DNA from: the human T2T-CHM13v2.0 reference genome, Homo sapiens
Reading direction: 5' to 3' (one strand)
Length of the DNA: 64,000 nt
NCBI RefSeq assembly: GCF_009914755.1
Contig: NC_060947.1
Below are positions 16,788-30,038 of this stretch, piece by piece. The notes under the pieces were generated by a model, which was not told the origin of the DNA, did not search any database, and saw nothing but the letters and a program-made list of their open reading frames with translations. The position numbers were made by a program, and so were the translations under genes. Position 1 is the stretch's first letter. Every line of letters begins with the position of its first letter.

Positions 16788-17693
16788 TCAGCTAATACTT
16801 ATTTATTGAACCCTAACTGCCATATGCCAGTCACTAGGCCAGATAGCAAGGATAGAGTATTAAAAAAGAGATTCATTTCTGCCATCACAGAGCTTTTTAC
16901 CAAATAATCTGTTAAATTTATATTCCAATGATTTCTTGTTTGTGTATTTTTCTTTATTTTGAGGAATTTGTATCATGGTATGGGCTGTAAATATGTGTTA
17001 CCTTGTTAAATTGTAAAGCGACTAGGAGAGATGTATGCATTGCCACCGTTTTCAATACTCACTTTATATCCATTCTTCCTTATAGTAACAGAAAATCTGT
17101 TTAAAAGAGCTTTGCCAACTGATTCCCAACACTTAGCCAAGTTGTTATGATCAAATAAACATAGGCATTTTCAGCATGGAGATTGCTTTTTCAATTAAAA
17201 TCAGTGATGATTATTTGAATATACACTTCTCTTTAGAGAGATTTCTCCAATACAGTATGTGTTGCTAAATGAAGTGTCTACCTATTGGTTAGGTACAATG
17301 TTGAGCATATAGAAAAGGTAAAATGCTCAACCCAGGTAAGAAAAAGAAGAGTGTATCTATTTATTGCTCCATATCCTTTGACTTACAGAACTTGTTATTG
17401 TGATCTCCAGAAAGGACTGTGGTGGTGACTTGTCAGGCCTCTCTCTGGTGATACACTTGCAACCCTAAGGCTTTGGTGGGACCATTTAAAAGTAGCGAGT
17501 TTGCCATATACTCTTACTATCCAGCCTGAAAAGGTGGCTACCAGGAAAAAGAAGGCCCCAGGTTCCTCTTCTGGTCATAATTGAAGATCAAACAGAAAAC
17601 TGATACATGAATGCCTTCACTGGAATGTTGGTTTCAATTGTGAAATTGAAATCTCTGTAAAATGATGGATGAAACTGTATGAAAGATTCATTC

Positions 17694-17873
17694 ATAAATT
17701 ATAAATTATAAGCTATAACTTGTATTTATTTATAAATTATAAATTGTATACAATTTATAATTATACATAATTATAAATTATACGCTATAACTTGTATTTA
17801 TTTATAAATTATAAATTATAAGTTATAACTTGTATTTATTTATAAATAAATTATAAATTACTATAAATTATAT
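17694..17873. repeat. AT-rich tandem repeat
   Basis: three copies of TATAACTTGTATTTATTTATAAAT interspersed with (TATAAAT)n. Confidence 0.9.
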
Positions 17874-18687
17874 ATTACCTATTCATTTCAAAATGCTTAC
17901 TATATTTCTCCCAGTAGGAAGATTAATAAGAAACCCTCATGCTTTCCACCAATCAGTCTGGATGGTAAGCTACGTAATCATATTTTCTAAAATCTAATAT
18001 ATTTTTCCTTTTTGAACCATTCCCATATCCATTTGTTAGAGACAGCAGAGAACAAAGACAGAAGCAACATGGTTTCCAGAAAAGCTGCAACAGGCCTGGA
18101 GTGCCTACCTCCATATTCTTTATTATGTGAAGAAATAAAGCTCTTAAGTGCCATGATGTTTGTTTTGGGGGTAGGGGTGGGTGTTTCCTATATTCAGCCA
18201 AATACAATCACTATAGTAATAGAAAGACATCATCCAGGACAAGAGTTTTTCCTAAACATGCACATTTTAATTTTTAAAAAAATCCAAATACGCACATGAT
18301 TTTTAAAAGCCTGCTTAATACATGAACATGATATACAACCCAAATAATTTGTAAAGGGTGTACAGTAAAAGCTCAGTCTTCTTCCTACCCTCCACACTAA
18401 CTCTCCTAATTCGGCTCCACAGGGGCAACTAATAAGTTTCTTCCGCACCTTCCAGGAATTTTCTATGCAAACTAATCCTATGCTGAAGCCTGCTATACAC
18501 ATATTTTTTTACCTTGAATTTTATCATTTAAAATGTATCTCCATATTATAAATCACTAGACTCATATTAATGGCTGCATATTACATTATATGGGATATAT
18601 TGTCGTTTGACATGTCCCCTTTTAATGTACTCTGTGGACAATTAAGTTGCTTCTACTCTTTTGCTATTATAAACAATGCTACAGTGT

Positions 18688-18870
18688 AGTAGCATACCAA
18701 ACATAAGATGGGACAGTGGGAAGAATGAGGAAACCTTGACAGGTGGTGTTTTAACACTGGCATAATTTAAAATTAGATGTATGTGATGCTAATAAAAACA
18801 GAATAACATTTAGTCAATTTATTATCGTTCAATTTCCTACCAACAAGGTATTCCCTTCTCTTTCCTTATT
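18688..18870. mobile_element. MER97-like hAT-Tip100 fragment
   Basis: GTGTTTTAACACTGGCATAATTTAAAATT...AATAAAAACAG...TTTAGTC resembles MER97 from memory. Confidence 0.35.
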
Positions 18871-20378
18871 AAGTAACCATTTTAGTAAATAACATTGAAC
18901 ATACTGCTTTGTACATGTATGCAAATGTATACGCAGTAAAATTTTGATAGATACTGACAAATTGCCCTCCAAAGTGGTTGCATCAATATACGTTTTCACC
19001 AGGAAGAAATAATAATGTCATATTTCCTACACCTCCAACAATACTGTGAAATGTTGAGCTTATTTGTATTGTTCTATACTGATAGGTAGAAATGGTCTTT
19101 TTTAATTCACATTTTTATTATGCATAGCGCTTAGTATCATTTCACGTTTATAAACTGCTCTCCCTGTCAATTATCTCCTCATGTGTTTTATTTTTATGGA
19201 GACATAATTTACATTTCATAAAATTCACTCACTTAAAGTACATAATTGAATGTTTTTTACAACATTCACATGGTAGTGCAAATATCACCACTATCTGAGA
19301 ACATTTTCTTCACCCCCAAAATATAGCCAATACTTATTTGCAGTCATTCTCCATTGCCAACTTCCCTCAGATGCTGGCAAGCACAAGTATACTTTTTACT
19401 TTATTCCTATAGATTTGGTTCTTGTGAAAATTTCATTAACGTTTAATTATATGATAGGCAATGTTTTGTATCTCAGTTCTTTCACTTAACATGTTATCAG
19501 GATTCATTCATGTGGTTGCATCATTCCTTTTCATGGATGATTACCATTCCTTTTCACATCTGTTGAAAAATGTGTTTTCAGGTCCTTTGCCCATTTTTTA
19601 ATCATGTTATTTGTTTCCTTGCTATTGCATTGAATTCTTTATATATTTTGGATACTCACCACTTATCAGATGTGTGGCTGACAATTCATTTTCTTCCATT
19701 CTGTAGGTTGGCTCTTCACTCCATTAAATGGTTTGTTTGTTCCGTGGAATCTTGCTTTGTGGGTTTATACCAAACTAAAGAATACTTTTTTTGCCTAAGC
19801 TTTTGGGGTCTAATAAAAAAACTTAAACTTATTGCCCAGACCAATGTTGCATAGCTTTTTTCCTAGGATTTCTTCTAGTAGTTTCACAGTTTTAGGTCTC
19901 ATGTTTAAGTCTTTAATCCATTCATTAAGGATTTTCACATATAGTGTGAGATAAGAGTCTCAATTCATTCTTAGGCATGTCTATAACCAGTTCTCACAAC
20001 ATCTTTTATTGAGACTGTCTTTTTCCCATCATGTGTTCTTGACAGCTTCATCAAAAATCAGTTGGCTGTAAATGAATGGGTGTGTTTCTGGGTTCTCTAT
20101 TCTGTTCCATTGGTTATCTATTTTAGCACCAGTGCCATTTTGCTCATATTATTGTAGTTTTATAATATAGTTTGAAATCAGTTCATGTGATGCATATAGC
20201 TTTGTTCCTTTTGCTAAAAATTGCCTTAGGTACTCAGGGGTTTTTATGGTTTCCTATGAATTTTAGGATTGTACAATCATTATTAAAATTAAGTGTAATT
20301 ATTTTTATTTTGCTGCTTGTGCTTTTGGTGTCTCATCTAAGAAAACAATGCCTAATCTAAGTCATAAAGATTCAGGTT

Positions 20379-20674
<296 letters not shown>

Positions 20675-20759
20675 TTAGGTTTATGTGTCAACTAAGAGTT
20701 TTATAGTTTAAGCTCTTATATTCGGGACTTTGACTGATTTTGATTAGATTTTTAAAAAT

Positions 20760-21939
20760 CATTTCACATTATATTTCAGATTCAGGGGGTACATATGCAG
20801 TTTTGATATACTGTGTGATGCTGAGGATTAGAGTATGATTGATCCTGTCACCCTGGTGCTGAGCATAGTAACCAAAAGTTAGTTTTTCACCCATATCCAA
20901 ACCCTTCCATAACCCCTCTAGTAGTCCCCAGTGTCTACTTTTGTCATCTCTATGTCCATGAATACCCAATGTTTAACTCACATATATAAGTGAGAACATG
21001 TGGTATTTGGTTTTATTTTTCTGCATTAATTTGCTTAGGAAAATGGCCTCCTGCTCCATCCATCTCCCTGCAAAGGACATTATCTGGTTCTTTTTTTATG
21101 GCTGCATAGTATTCTTAAGTATATATGTACCACATTTTCTTTATTCACCATTTCCTTTTTTATTATTATACTTTAAGTTCTGGGGTACATGGGCAGAACA
21201 TGCAGGTTTGTTACATAGGTATACATGTGCCATGGAGGTTTGCTGCACCCAACAACTCGTCATCTACATTAGGTATTTCTCCTAATGCTATCCCTCCCCT
21301 AGCCCTCCACCCCAAGAGGCCCCAGTGTGTGATGTTCCCCTCCCTGTGTCCATGTGTTCGCATTGTTCAACTCCCACTTATGAGTGAGAACATGTGGTAT
21401 CTGGTTTTCTGTTCTTGTGTTAGTTTGCCGAGAATGATGGTTTCCAGTTTTATCCATGTCCCTGCAAAGGACATGAACTCATCCTTTTTTAAGGCTGCAT
21501 AGTATTCCATGGTGTGTATGTGCCACTTTTCTTTATCCAGTCTATCATTGATGGACATTTGAGTTGGTTCCAAGTCTTTGCTATTGTGAACAGTGCCACA
21601 ATAAATATACCTGTGTGTGTACTCACCATTTTCTTTATTCCACCGTTGATGGGAATCTAGGTCAATACCATATCTTTGTTACTGTGAATAGTGCTGTGGT
21701 TAACATGTGAGTGCATGTCTTTTTTCAGTAGAATAATTTATTTTCTTTTGAGTATATACCCAATAATGCGATTGCTTTGTTGAATGGTAGTTCTGTTTTC
21801 AGTTCTTTGAGAAACTTCCAAACTGTTTCCCACAGTGGTTGAACTAATTTGCATTCCTCCCAACTACATATAAGCATTCCCTTTTCTCTACAGCCTTGCC
21901 AGCCCCTGTATTTTTTAAACCTTTTAATAAAACTGTTCT
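20760..21939 (-). mobile_element. L1PA16/17-like 3' end; resumes at about 26585-26720
   Basis: ATTCAGGGGGTACATATGCAG...GATCCTGTCACCC; breaks at ...TGTTCTG (21939) and continues GACTGGTGTGAGATG after 26584. Confidence 0.8.
21157..21620 (-). mobile_element. L1PA7/8 3' end nested in the older L1PA
   Basis: TATACTTTAAGTTCTGGGGTACATG...CCTCCCCTAGCCC; TSD approximately TCACCATTT(C/T)CTTT. Confidence 0.88.
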
Positions 21940-24900
21940 GTCAACTACAAAAGGAAGCCCATCAGACTCGCAGAGGACCTTTCACCAGAAACCCTACAAG
22001 CCATATGAGATTTGGGGCCTACATTCAACATTCTCAGAGAAAAAAAATCCAACCAATAATTTCCTATCTGGCCAAACTAAGCTTCATAAGGGAGGGAGAA
22101 ATAAGATCCTTTGAGACAAGCAAATTTTAAGAGAATTTCTTACCTCCAGGCATAGCTCCTGAGAGAAGCACTAAATATGGAAAGGCAAGACCATTATCAG
22201 CCACTAGAAAAACACACTGGTGATACTATAAAGCAATCATGCAAAAAAGTCAGCACAATAAACAGCTAACAACACAATGACAGGATAAAATCCATACATG
22301 TCAATACTAACCTTGAATGTAAATGGGCTAAATGCCCCAATTAAAAGGCACAGAGTGGCAAGCTCGATAAGGAACCAAGACCCAATGTTATACTTTTTTT
22401 TTTTCTTTTTTTTCGGAGATGGAGTCTGGCTCCATCGTCCAGGATGGACGGCAGTGGCGTGATCTCAGCTCACTGCAACCTCTGCCTGTGGGGCTCAAGT
22501 GATTCTCTCATGCCTCAGCCTCCCAAGTGGCTGGGATTACAGTCACATGCCACCATGCCCGGCTAATTTTTGTATTTTCATAGAGACGGGGTTCCCCCAC
22601 ATTGGTCAGGCTGGTCTCGAACTCCTGACCTCAGGTGATCCACCCACCTCGGCTTCCCAAAGTGCTGAGATTACAGGCGTGAGCCACCGCATCCAGCCCC
22701 TATGTTATACTTTCTTCAAGAGACCCATCACACATGCCGCGACGCCCACAGGCTCAAATTAAAGGGATGGAAAAAAATCTATCAAGTAGATGGGAAAACA
22801 GAAAAAAGCAGGGGTTGCAATCCTAATTTTAGACAAAACAGATTTCAAACCAACAAAGATCAAAGAAAACAAATAAATAACCAAATGGTAAAGGATTCAA
22901 TTCAAGAAGAAATCCTAACTATCTAAATATATATGCACCAAAAACAGGAGCACACAGATTCATAAATCAAGTTCTTACTGACCTTTAAAGAGAGTTATAC
23001 TCCCACATGACAATAGTGGGAGAATTCAAATACCACTGACAGTATTAGACAGAACACAGAGGCAGAAAATTAACAAAGATATTCTGGACCTGAACTCAAC
23101 ACTGGACCAAATGGATTTCATAGGCATCTACAGAACTCTCCACCAAAAAAACAACAGAATATACATTCTTCTCATCTGCACAGGGCACGTACTCTAAAAT
23201 TGACCACACAATAAGACATAAAACTCTCACTAGCAAATGCAAAAGAATTGAAATTATACCAACACTATCTTGGACCACAGCACAATAGACATAGAATTCA
23301 AGACTAAGAAAATTGCTCAAAACCATACAATTACATGAAAATTAAACAATCTGCTTCTGAATGACTTCTGAGTAAATAATAAAATTAAGGCAGAAATCAA
23401 GTAGTTCTTTGAAATTAATCAAAACAAAGATACAACATAACAGAATATCTGGGACACAGTTAAGTCAGTGTTAAGAGGGAGATTTATAGCACTGAATGCC
23501 CACATCAAAAAGTTAGAAAAATCTCAAATTAACAATCTAACATCACAACTAAAAGAACTAGAGAAGCAAGAGCAAATGAACCACAAAATAAGCAGAAGAC
23601 AGGAAATAACCAAAATCAGAGCCAAACCAGAAATTGAGAAAAGGAAAAAATCCAAAAAATAAAAAAGGAGCTAATTTTTTCAAAAAATTTAAAAAAATAG
23701 AGACTGCTAGCTAGACTAATGAAGAAAAGAGAGAAGATCCATAGAAATACAATCAGAGATTACAAAGGGGATATTACCAATGACACCACATAAGTACAAA
23801 TAACCATCAGAGACTATTATAAAGCACCTATATCCACACAAACTAGGAAATCCAGAAGAAATGAATAAATTCTTGGACACATACACCCTCCCAAGACTGA
23901 ACGAAGAAGAAATTGAATCCCTGAACAGACCAATAACAAGCTCTGAGATTGAATCAGTAATATATAGCCTACTAACCAAAAAAAAAGCCCTGGACCAGAC
24001 ACATTCACAACCAAATTCTACCAGATGTACAGAGAGGAATTGGTACCATTCCTACGGAAACTATTCCAAAAAATTTAGGAGAATGAACTTCTTCTCAAAT
24101 TATTCTGAGGCTAGCATTATCCTAATACCAAAACTTGGCAGAGAAACAGCAGAAACAAAAAGCTTCAGGCCAATATCATTGATAAACATTGATGCAAACA
24201 TCCTTAAATAAATACTAGCAAACTGAATTCAGCAGCACCTTAAAAAGCTAATCGACTGCAATCAAGTAGGCATTATACCTGGGACGCAAGGTTGTTTCAA
24301 CATATACAAATCAATAAATGTCATTCATCACATAAACAGAACTAAATGCACAAACCACATGATCATCTCAGTAGATGCAGAAAAGTCTTTTGATAAAATT
24401 CAACATCCCTTCATGCAAAAAACTCTCAACAAACTATGTGTTGAAGGAACATACCTCAAAATAATAAGAGCTATCTATGACAAACCCACAGTGGTTATCA
24501 TACTGAATAGAAACATGTTGGAAGCACTCCCCTTGAAAACCAGCCCAAGTTAAGGATGCCCTCCTGTCACCACTCGTATTTAACGTAGTATTGGAAGTCC
24601 TGGCCTGAGCAATCAGGCAAGAGAAAGAAATAAAGGACATCCAAATAGGAATAAAGTAAGTCAAACTATCTCTGTTTCTAGATGACATGATTCTATATCT
24701 AGAAAACCTCATTGTCTTGGCTCGAAAGCTCCTTCAGCTGATAAACAACTGCAGCAAAGTTTTAAGACACAAAATAAATGTACAAAAATCAATAGCATTC
24801 CTAAATGCCAACAACAGACAAGCCAAGAGCCAAATTAGAAACACAATCCCATTCACAATTGCCACAAAAAGAATAAAATATCTAGGAATATAGCTAACCT

Positions 24901-26573
24901 GAGGGGTGAAAGATCTCTACAATGAGAATTACAAAACACTGCTCAAGGAAATCAGAGATGACACAAACAAATGTAAAAATATTCCATGCTCATTAATAGG
25001 AATAATCAATATGATTAAAATGGCCATACTGCCCAAGGCAATTTACAGATTCAATGCTATTCCTATCAATCTACCAATGACATTCTTCACAGAACTAGAT
25101 ACAAATATTTTAAAATTTGTATGGAACCCGAAAAGAGCCTGAATAGCCAAGGCAATCCTAAGCAAAAAGAACGAAGTAGGAGGCATCACACTACCTGACT
25201 TCAAATTATAGTACAATAATAAAAACAACATGATATTGGTACAAAAACACACATATAGACCAATGGAACAGAATAGAGCGCCCAGAAATAAGGCCACACA
25301 CTTATGACCATCTGATATTTGACAAAGCTGACAAAAACAAGCAATGGGGAAAAGACTCACTATTCAATAAATGGTGCTGGGATAACTGGCTAGCCACATG
25401 CAGAAGATTGAAACGGGACCACTTCCTTACACCATACAAAAAAATCAACTCAAAATGTATTAAAGGCCTAAATCCTCAAACTTTGAAAACCCTGGAAGAC
25501 AATCTAGACAATACCACTCTGGACATAGGAACTGGCAAAGATTTTATGACAAAGGCACTAAAAGCAATCGCAACAAAAGAAAAAATTGACAAATGGGATA
25601 TAATTAAACTAAACAGTTTCTGCAAAGCAAAATAAACTATCAATAGAGTAAACACACAACCTATGGAATGGCAGAACATATTTGCAAACTATGCATCCAA
25701 CAAAAGTCTAGCATCCAGCATCTAAAAGGAACTTAAAAATTTACAAGCAAAAACCAAACAGCCCCATTAAAAAGTGGGCAAAGAACATGCACAATTTTCA
25801 AAAGATGACATATATGTCACCAACAAGCATGTGAAAAAAGCTCAATGTCAATGATCATTAGAGAAACGCAAATCACGCCACACTAGTCAGAATAGTTATT
25901 GTTAAAAAGTAAAAAAAAAAAATAACAGATGCTGGCAAGGTTGCAGAGGAAAGAGAACAGTTATACGCTGTTGGTTGGAATGCAAATTAGTTCAACCATT
26001 ATGGAAAGCAGTGTGGCAATTCCTCCAAGAGCTAAAAACAGCAGTACCATTTGACCCAGAAATCCCATCACTGGGCATATACCCAAAGAAACAGAAATCA
26101 ATCTGTTACAGAGACACATGCACACATATGTTCACTGTAGCACTATTCACAATAGCAAAGACATGGAATCAACCTAAATGCTCATCAATGGAAGAATGGA
26201 TAAAATGTGGTGTATATACACCACAGAACACTATTCAGCCATTAAAACCATTGAGATAATGTCCTTTGCAGGAACATGGAGTTGGAAGCCATTATCCTTA
26301 GCAAACTAACGCAACAACAGAAAACCAAATACAGCATGTTCTCTTATACGTGGGAGCTAAATGATGAGAACACATGGACACAAAGAGGGGAACAACAGAC
26401 ACATGGGCCTGCTAGAGGGTGGAGATTGGAAGGAGGGAGAGGAACAGAAAAAATAGTCATTGGGTTCTAGGCTTAGCAACTGGATGACAAAATAATCTGT
26501 ACATCAAATCCTGTGAAATGACTTTACCTGCATAAAATACCTGCACATGTACTCCTGAACCTAAAAGTTAAAA
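21940..26573 (+). mobile_element. L1PA15-like element, about 4.3 kb (ORF1 C-terminus, decayed ORF2, 3'UTR)
   Basis: ORF2 remnants [59 protein letters not shown] with many stops; 3' end CCTGCACATGTACTCCTGAACCTAAAAGTT. Confidence 0.93.
22396..22698 (-). mobile_element. AluS inserted in the L1 ORF2 endonuclease region
   Basis: antisense dimer; TSD ATGTTATACTT at 22385-22395 and 22702-22712. Confidence 0.9.
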
Positions 26574-26759
26574 TGAGATCTTTCGACTGGTGTGAGATGA
26601 CGCCTCCCTCTGCTTTTAATTTGCATTTCCAGTTATTGATGTTGAGCCTTTTTTCGTATTTTGGTGGCCCTTTGTATGTTATAACTTTGTCTTTTGTTTT
26701 CTGGTCATTGTGCCTCTTTCCTAACAGTATTACCTGGGTATTTCAAAAAAAAAAAAATT

Positions 26760-27380
26760 ATCAGAGTGACTGTGGGTATCCTTATCTTATTTGTGACATT
26801 AATGAAAATATTTCTAGCATCTTACTATTAATCATGATGCATTGTAACGGGTGTGTAGATGGTGTTTGGTAAAGGGGTGTGCGTGTTTGTATGTTCATTT
26901 ATTTAACTAGCCATCTTAATTTCAATTTTAGTAAGATTTTTATAATGAGTAGACATTGATGTTTACAAAGTGAGTTTTCTGTATTCATGAAAATGTCTAA
27001 GTAGATTTTCTCTTTCAATCTATTAGCATAGTAAATTATAAATTCCCTAATATGAAACCTTTATTTCTCGCATGACTATCTTCTATTTTTCTTTCAGCAC
27101 ACTGATGAATTCTACTTGATAACATTTGCTTAGTGTGTTTACATTGAAATTTATAAGTTTGATTGGTCTATAGTTTATGCTCTTTGTTGAGTTTTTATAT
27201 TGAAAATATAGTGGCTTCATAAAAAATTGAGAAATTTTATTTCTATGTTCCAAAAAGTTTTAAATGTAAATGGAGTTATTTGTTCCTTAAATATTTAGGA
27301 AAATTCATCAGTGAATCTTTCTGAGCCTAGTGCTTTATAAAGAACAGCTCTTAAATAACTTTTACAATTTTCTTTCATGG
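26760..27380 (-). mobile_element. Ancient L1M ORF2 fragment
   Basis: TCAGTGAATCTTTCTGAGCCTAGTGC and ATTGGTCTATAGTTT resemble antisense L1M. Confidence 0.55.
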
Positions 27381-27403
27381 CTTTCCGTTCTTTTTGCTTT
27401 CAG

Positions 27404-27418
27404 TTGGTTCCGAAGAAG
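27404..27418 (+). other. Candidate 15-nt microexon TTGGTTCCGAAGAAG
   Basis: CTTTCCGTTCTTTTTGCTTTCAG acceptor and AAG|GTGAGT donor; no transcript evidence available. Confidence 0.25.
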
Positions 27419-27504
27419 GTGAGTATGTTAGAGACACCATTACTATTTTTAATAACAAATATTCTCCATAAAAGATTCAACTCATGAGTGTGCATCACTT
27501 TCTT

Positions 27505-27625
27505 CTCTGGAGCTTTCCTAAAATACATACCTGTGGGTTCCACTCCCAGAGATCACTATTTAGTCAGGCTGGAGAGAAGCCCAGGTTTTTTAGTTTTAAC
27601 AAGATTCTCAGGCAATTCTGGTGTA
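27505..27625. mobile_element. MER5 hAT-Charlie MITE fragment
   Basis: GGGTTCCACTCCCAGAGATCACTATTTAGTCAGGCTGG...TTTTAACAAG. Confidence 0.6.
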
Positions 27626-27675
27626 CTTGTCAACAAGATCTCCAATTTTTCTTCCAGATCTGGTATTCAACTTTA

Positions 27676-27877
27676 TTTTGAGACAGGGTTTTACTTTGTT
27701 GCCCAGGCTGGAGTGCAGTGACACCATCGTACCTCATTGCAGCCTTGAAGTCCTGGGCTCAGGCGATCCTCCCACTTCAGCCTCCCAGGTAGCTAGAACC
27801 ACAGGTACATGACACGACACTTGGCTAATTTTTTTTAATTTTTTGTAGAGATGGGGTCTTGTTGTGCTGCCCAAGCT
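27676..27877 (-). mobile_element. 5'-truncated AluJ
   Basis: CCTGGGCTCAGGCGATCCTCCCAC J-type arm; TSD TGGTATTCAACTTTA/TGGTATTTGACTTTA. Confidence 0.85.
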
Positions 27878-28090
27878 TGGTATTTGACTTTATAACTTCT
27901 GAACAGATTTTTTAAAAATGGAACACCTAGTGCCAAAGAAGTCATCCACTGAGTCTATGAAACATTTTCCTAACTTTTGCTCATTGATACCATTTTAATG
28001 TTCAAATCATAAGATACATAGAAAAATTTATTAAAGAGTAGTACTAACTTGGAATCATTTATTTTCTCCCTCTTCCCACCTCCACCAAAG

Positions 28091-28300
28091 ACACACACAC
28101 ACACACACAGGCACACACGAGTATACTCACATAAACAAGCTTATAGGTGGCCATCTACACACATTCCTCATGCACAAAGACATGCAGTGCCCAGGTAGAC
28201 ATGTGTGCATGCACACTAACACATACATGTACTGATAGGTACATGCACAGATACATATGCTCACATGCTTTCATGTGCGTACATGCACACACACTCTCAT
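28091..28300. repeat. (CA)n plus degenerate CA/TG-rich tract
   Basis: seen directly. Confidence 0.85.
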
Positions 28301-28314
28301 ATACTCTCCTGCAA

Positions 28315-28700
28315 CAAGGTATAGTATTAAGTAAAAGGGCCTTCGTTAGGACGAGGCTCAAATTCTGGCTGTGTCAATGACTATCCATATGATCTTTCTG
28401 GCCTTCAGTTTGCTCATAGTGTTCATCCCTGACTCACTAGATCATAGTGAGAATCAAGATATAAAGTTGTCTTTAAGCACTCTGTCCATAGCCTGAAAAG
28501 TTCTATTCAAACATGTATTACTATATTACAATGTCATTTTCAAGAGATTTAATTTTCTTCATAAAACCATTCAGTGTGATTTGGACATCTGGTAGTAATA
28601 CCCTTTTATAGATGAAAAATCTGAGGCATGGAAAGTTTTAACTTAACTCAATCTGTGAAGCAAGCATGGCAGAGTTTGTGTCTATCCCTGGTCTCCTACC
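28315..28700. mobile_element. Two MIR fragments (+ about 28315-28520, - about 28560-28700)
   Basis: GCCTTCAGTTTGCTCAT and CTTTTATAGATGAAAAATCTGAGGCATGG MIR cores. Confidence 0.65.
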
Positions 28701-29280
28701 TCTGGGAGCCTTGCTGCGAGCATCGTCAGTGTTATAATGTACCTTCTGGAACTACCATGCTTATTTCACAAAGGACATTGCACTCTCATGGCAATTTATA
28801 CCTAACCAGTTTAGCTTTAAAAATTGGCTCAAGACAGTGACTACAAATATTTACTATACATATGACTTGGAGGACTAGAGAGCCCTCTACTATACTTATG
28901 TTTCCTCTGAAATCCACCCCCCACAAAAAAAAATTTAAAGATGTGAGTATAAAAAATACATTGTTGGAGAATATAAAATTATACTGTCCATACGTTTGAA
29001 TTTGAGGGTATGCTACCTTGAGAAAGCTGAAAGTTGCAAAGGCATGAGAAATGTATTGCTTGGTTCCCTTGCCCAGAATAGCGGTCGTTCCATTTTAAAT
29101 GTCACTCGAGTGTATATATGTCAAAAGAAAGATACCAAATCAAACTGACAATGACTCAGTGATCAGCACTGGGCTGAAATTATTCTATGAAGTATCTGTC
29201 ATGCAAATTGATGGGGAACTTAGCAAAGATGGTATCTCATCAGACATCACAGCAATTTTTCAAAGGCAAAGAAAAACTGT

Positions 29281-29292
29281 TGCGCGCGCATG

Positions 29293-29324
<32 letters not shown>
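29281..29324. repeat. (GC)n(CA)n alternating purine-pyrimidine tract
   Basis: TGCGCGCGCATGCACACACA...CACGCACA. Confidence 0.95.
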
Positions 29325-29859
29325 AAACCCTGAAAGTTCTTTTGAGGTTATATGAATGATCTTAATACCTACAAAAGATTTTTCTTACAATTTGTAAAAA
29401 AAGAGTGTTTAAATAGTTTGTATTTTGGATCAATGCAAAGTTCATTAAGAAAGTAGAAGCAGTAGCTATAGATGTTCAAGAGGAAGAGGAACAAAACAAA
29501 GTCAACTGAAAAAAACAGGACAGTTTTAAGTAGTCCTGGAAATAAATTTTATATTCTTTGGAAGCCAAGTTATTTACAAGAGAGAAATAAAATATGTACA
29601 GAAAGAAAGTATGGGTCTGGTTCACAAAGCATTTTGTCCTGTATCATCTCATTGAATCCTCAGGACGTCCCTGTAAAGCAAAACAAGTATTAGCTCCAGT
29701 TTTTAGATAGAAACTGGGCTCAGAGTTGTTGGCTAGTTCAAGGCTCCAAAGAGCCTTAAAGGCAAATAAATGAAGCAAGAAAGTGCACAAAAGCAACAGG
29801 AATCGAAGCATGTTCTCCAAAATGCTTTGCGGTGTCCAGATTTTAAAATCTGTGGAATA

Positions 29860-30038
29860 CTGATTTTCAAATTTGCCTGCACATTAGAATCACTGTGGAG
29901 TTCTAAGAAAAATTCTGATGCCTGGTTTTCTACTTCTAGCGATCCTAACTTGACTGCCCTGGGCAACAGCCTGGGCATCAGAATTTCTTAAAGCAGCCTA
30001 GAGGACTATAATGGGTAGCCATTTAGGAACCATTGGCC
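29860..30038. mobile_element. MER5A/B MITE
   Basis: TTTTCAAATTTGCCTGCACATTAGAATCAC ... AGGAACCATTG. Confidence 0.7.

Noticed and set aside
21849-26470. Cluster of RT/endonuclease-like ORFs
   Set aside because: Fragments of one decayed L1PA ORF1/ORF2; no 5'UTR and many stops.
27402-27430. Resemblance to the Y RNA 5' end (AGTTGGTCCGA)
   Set aside because: The similarity ends after about 12 nt and there is no complementary 3' stem.
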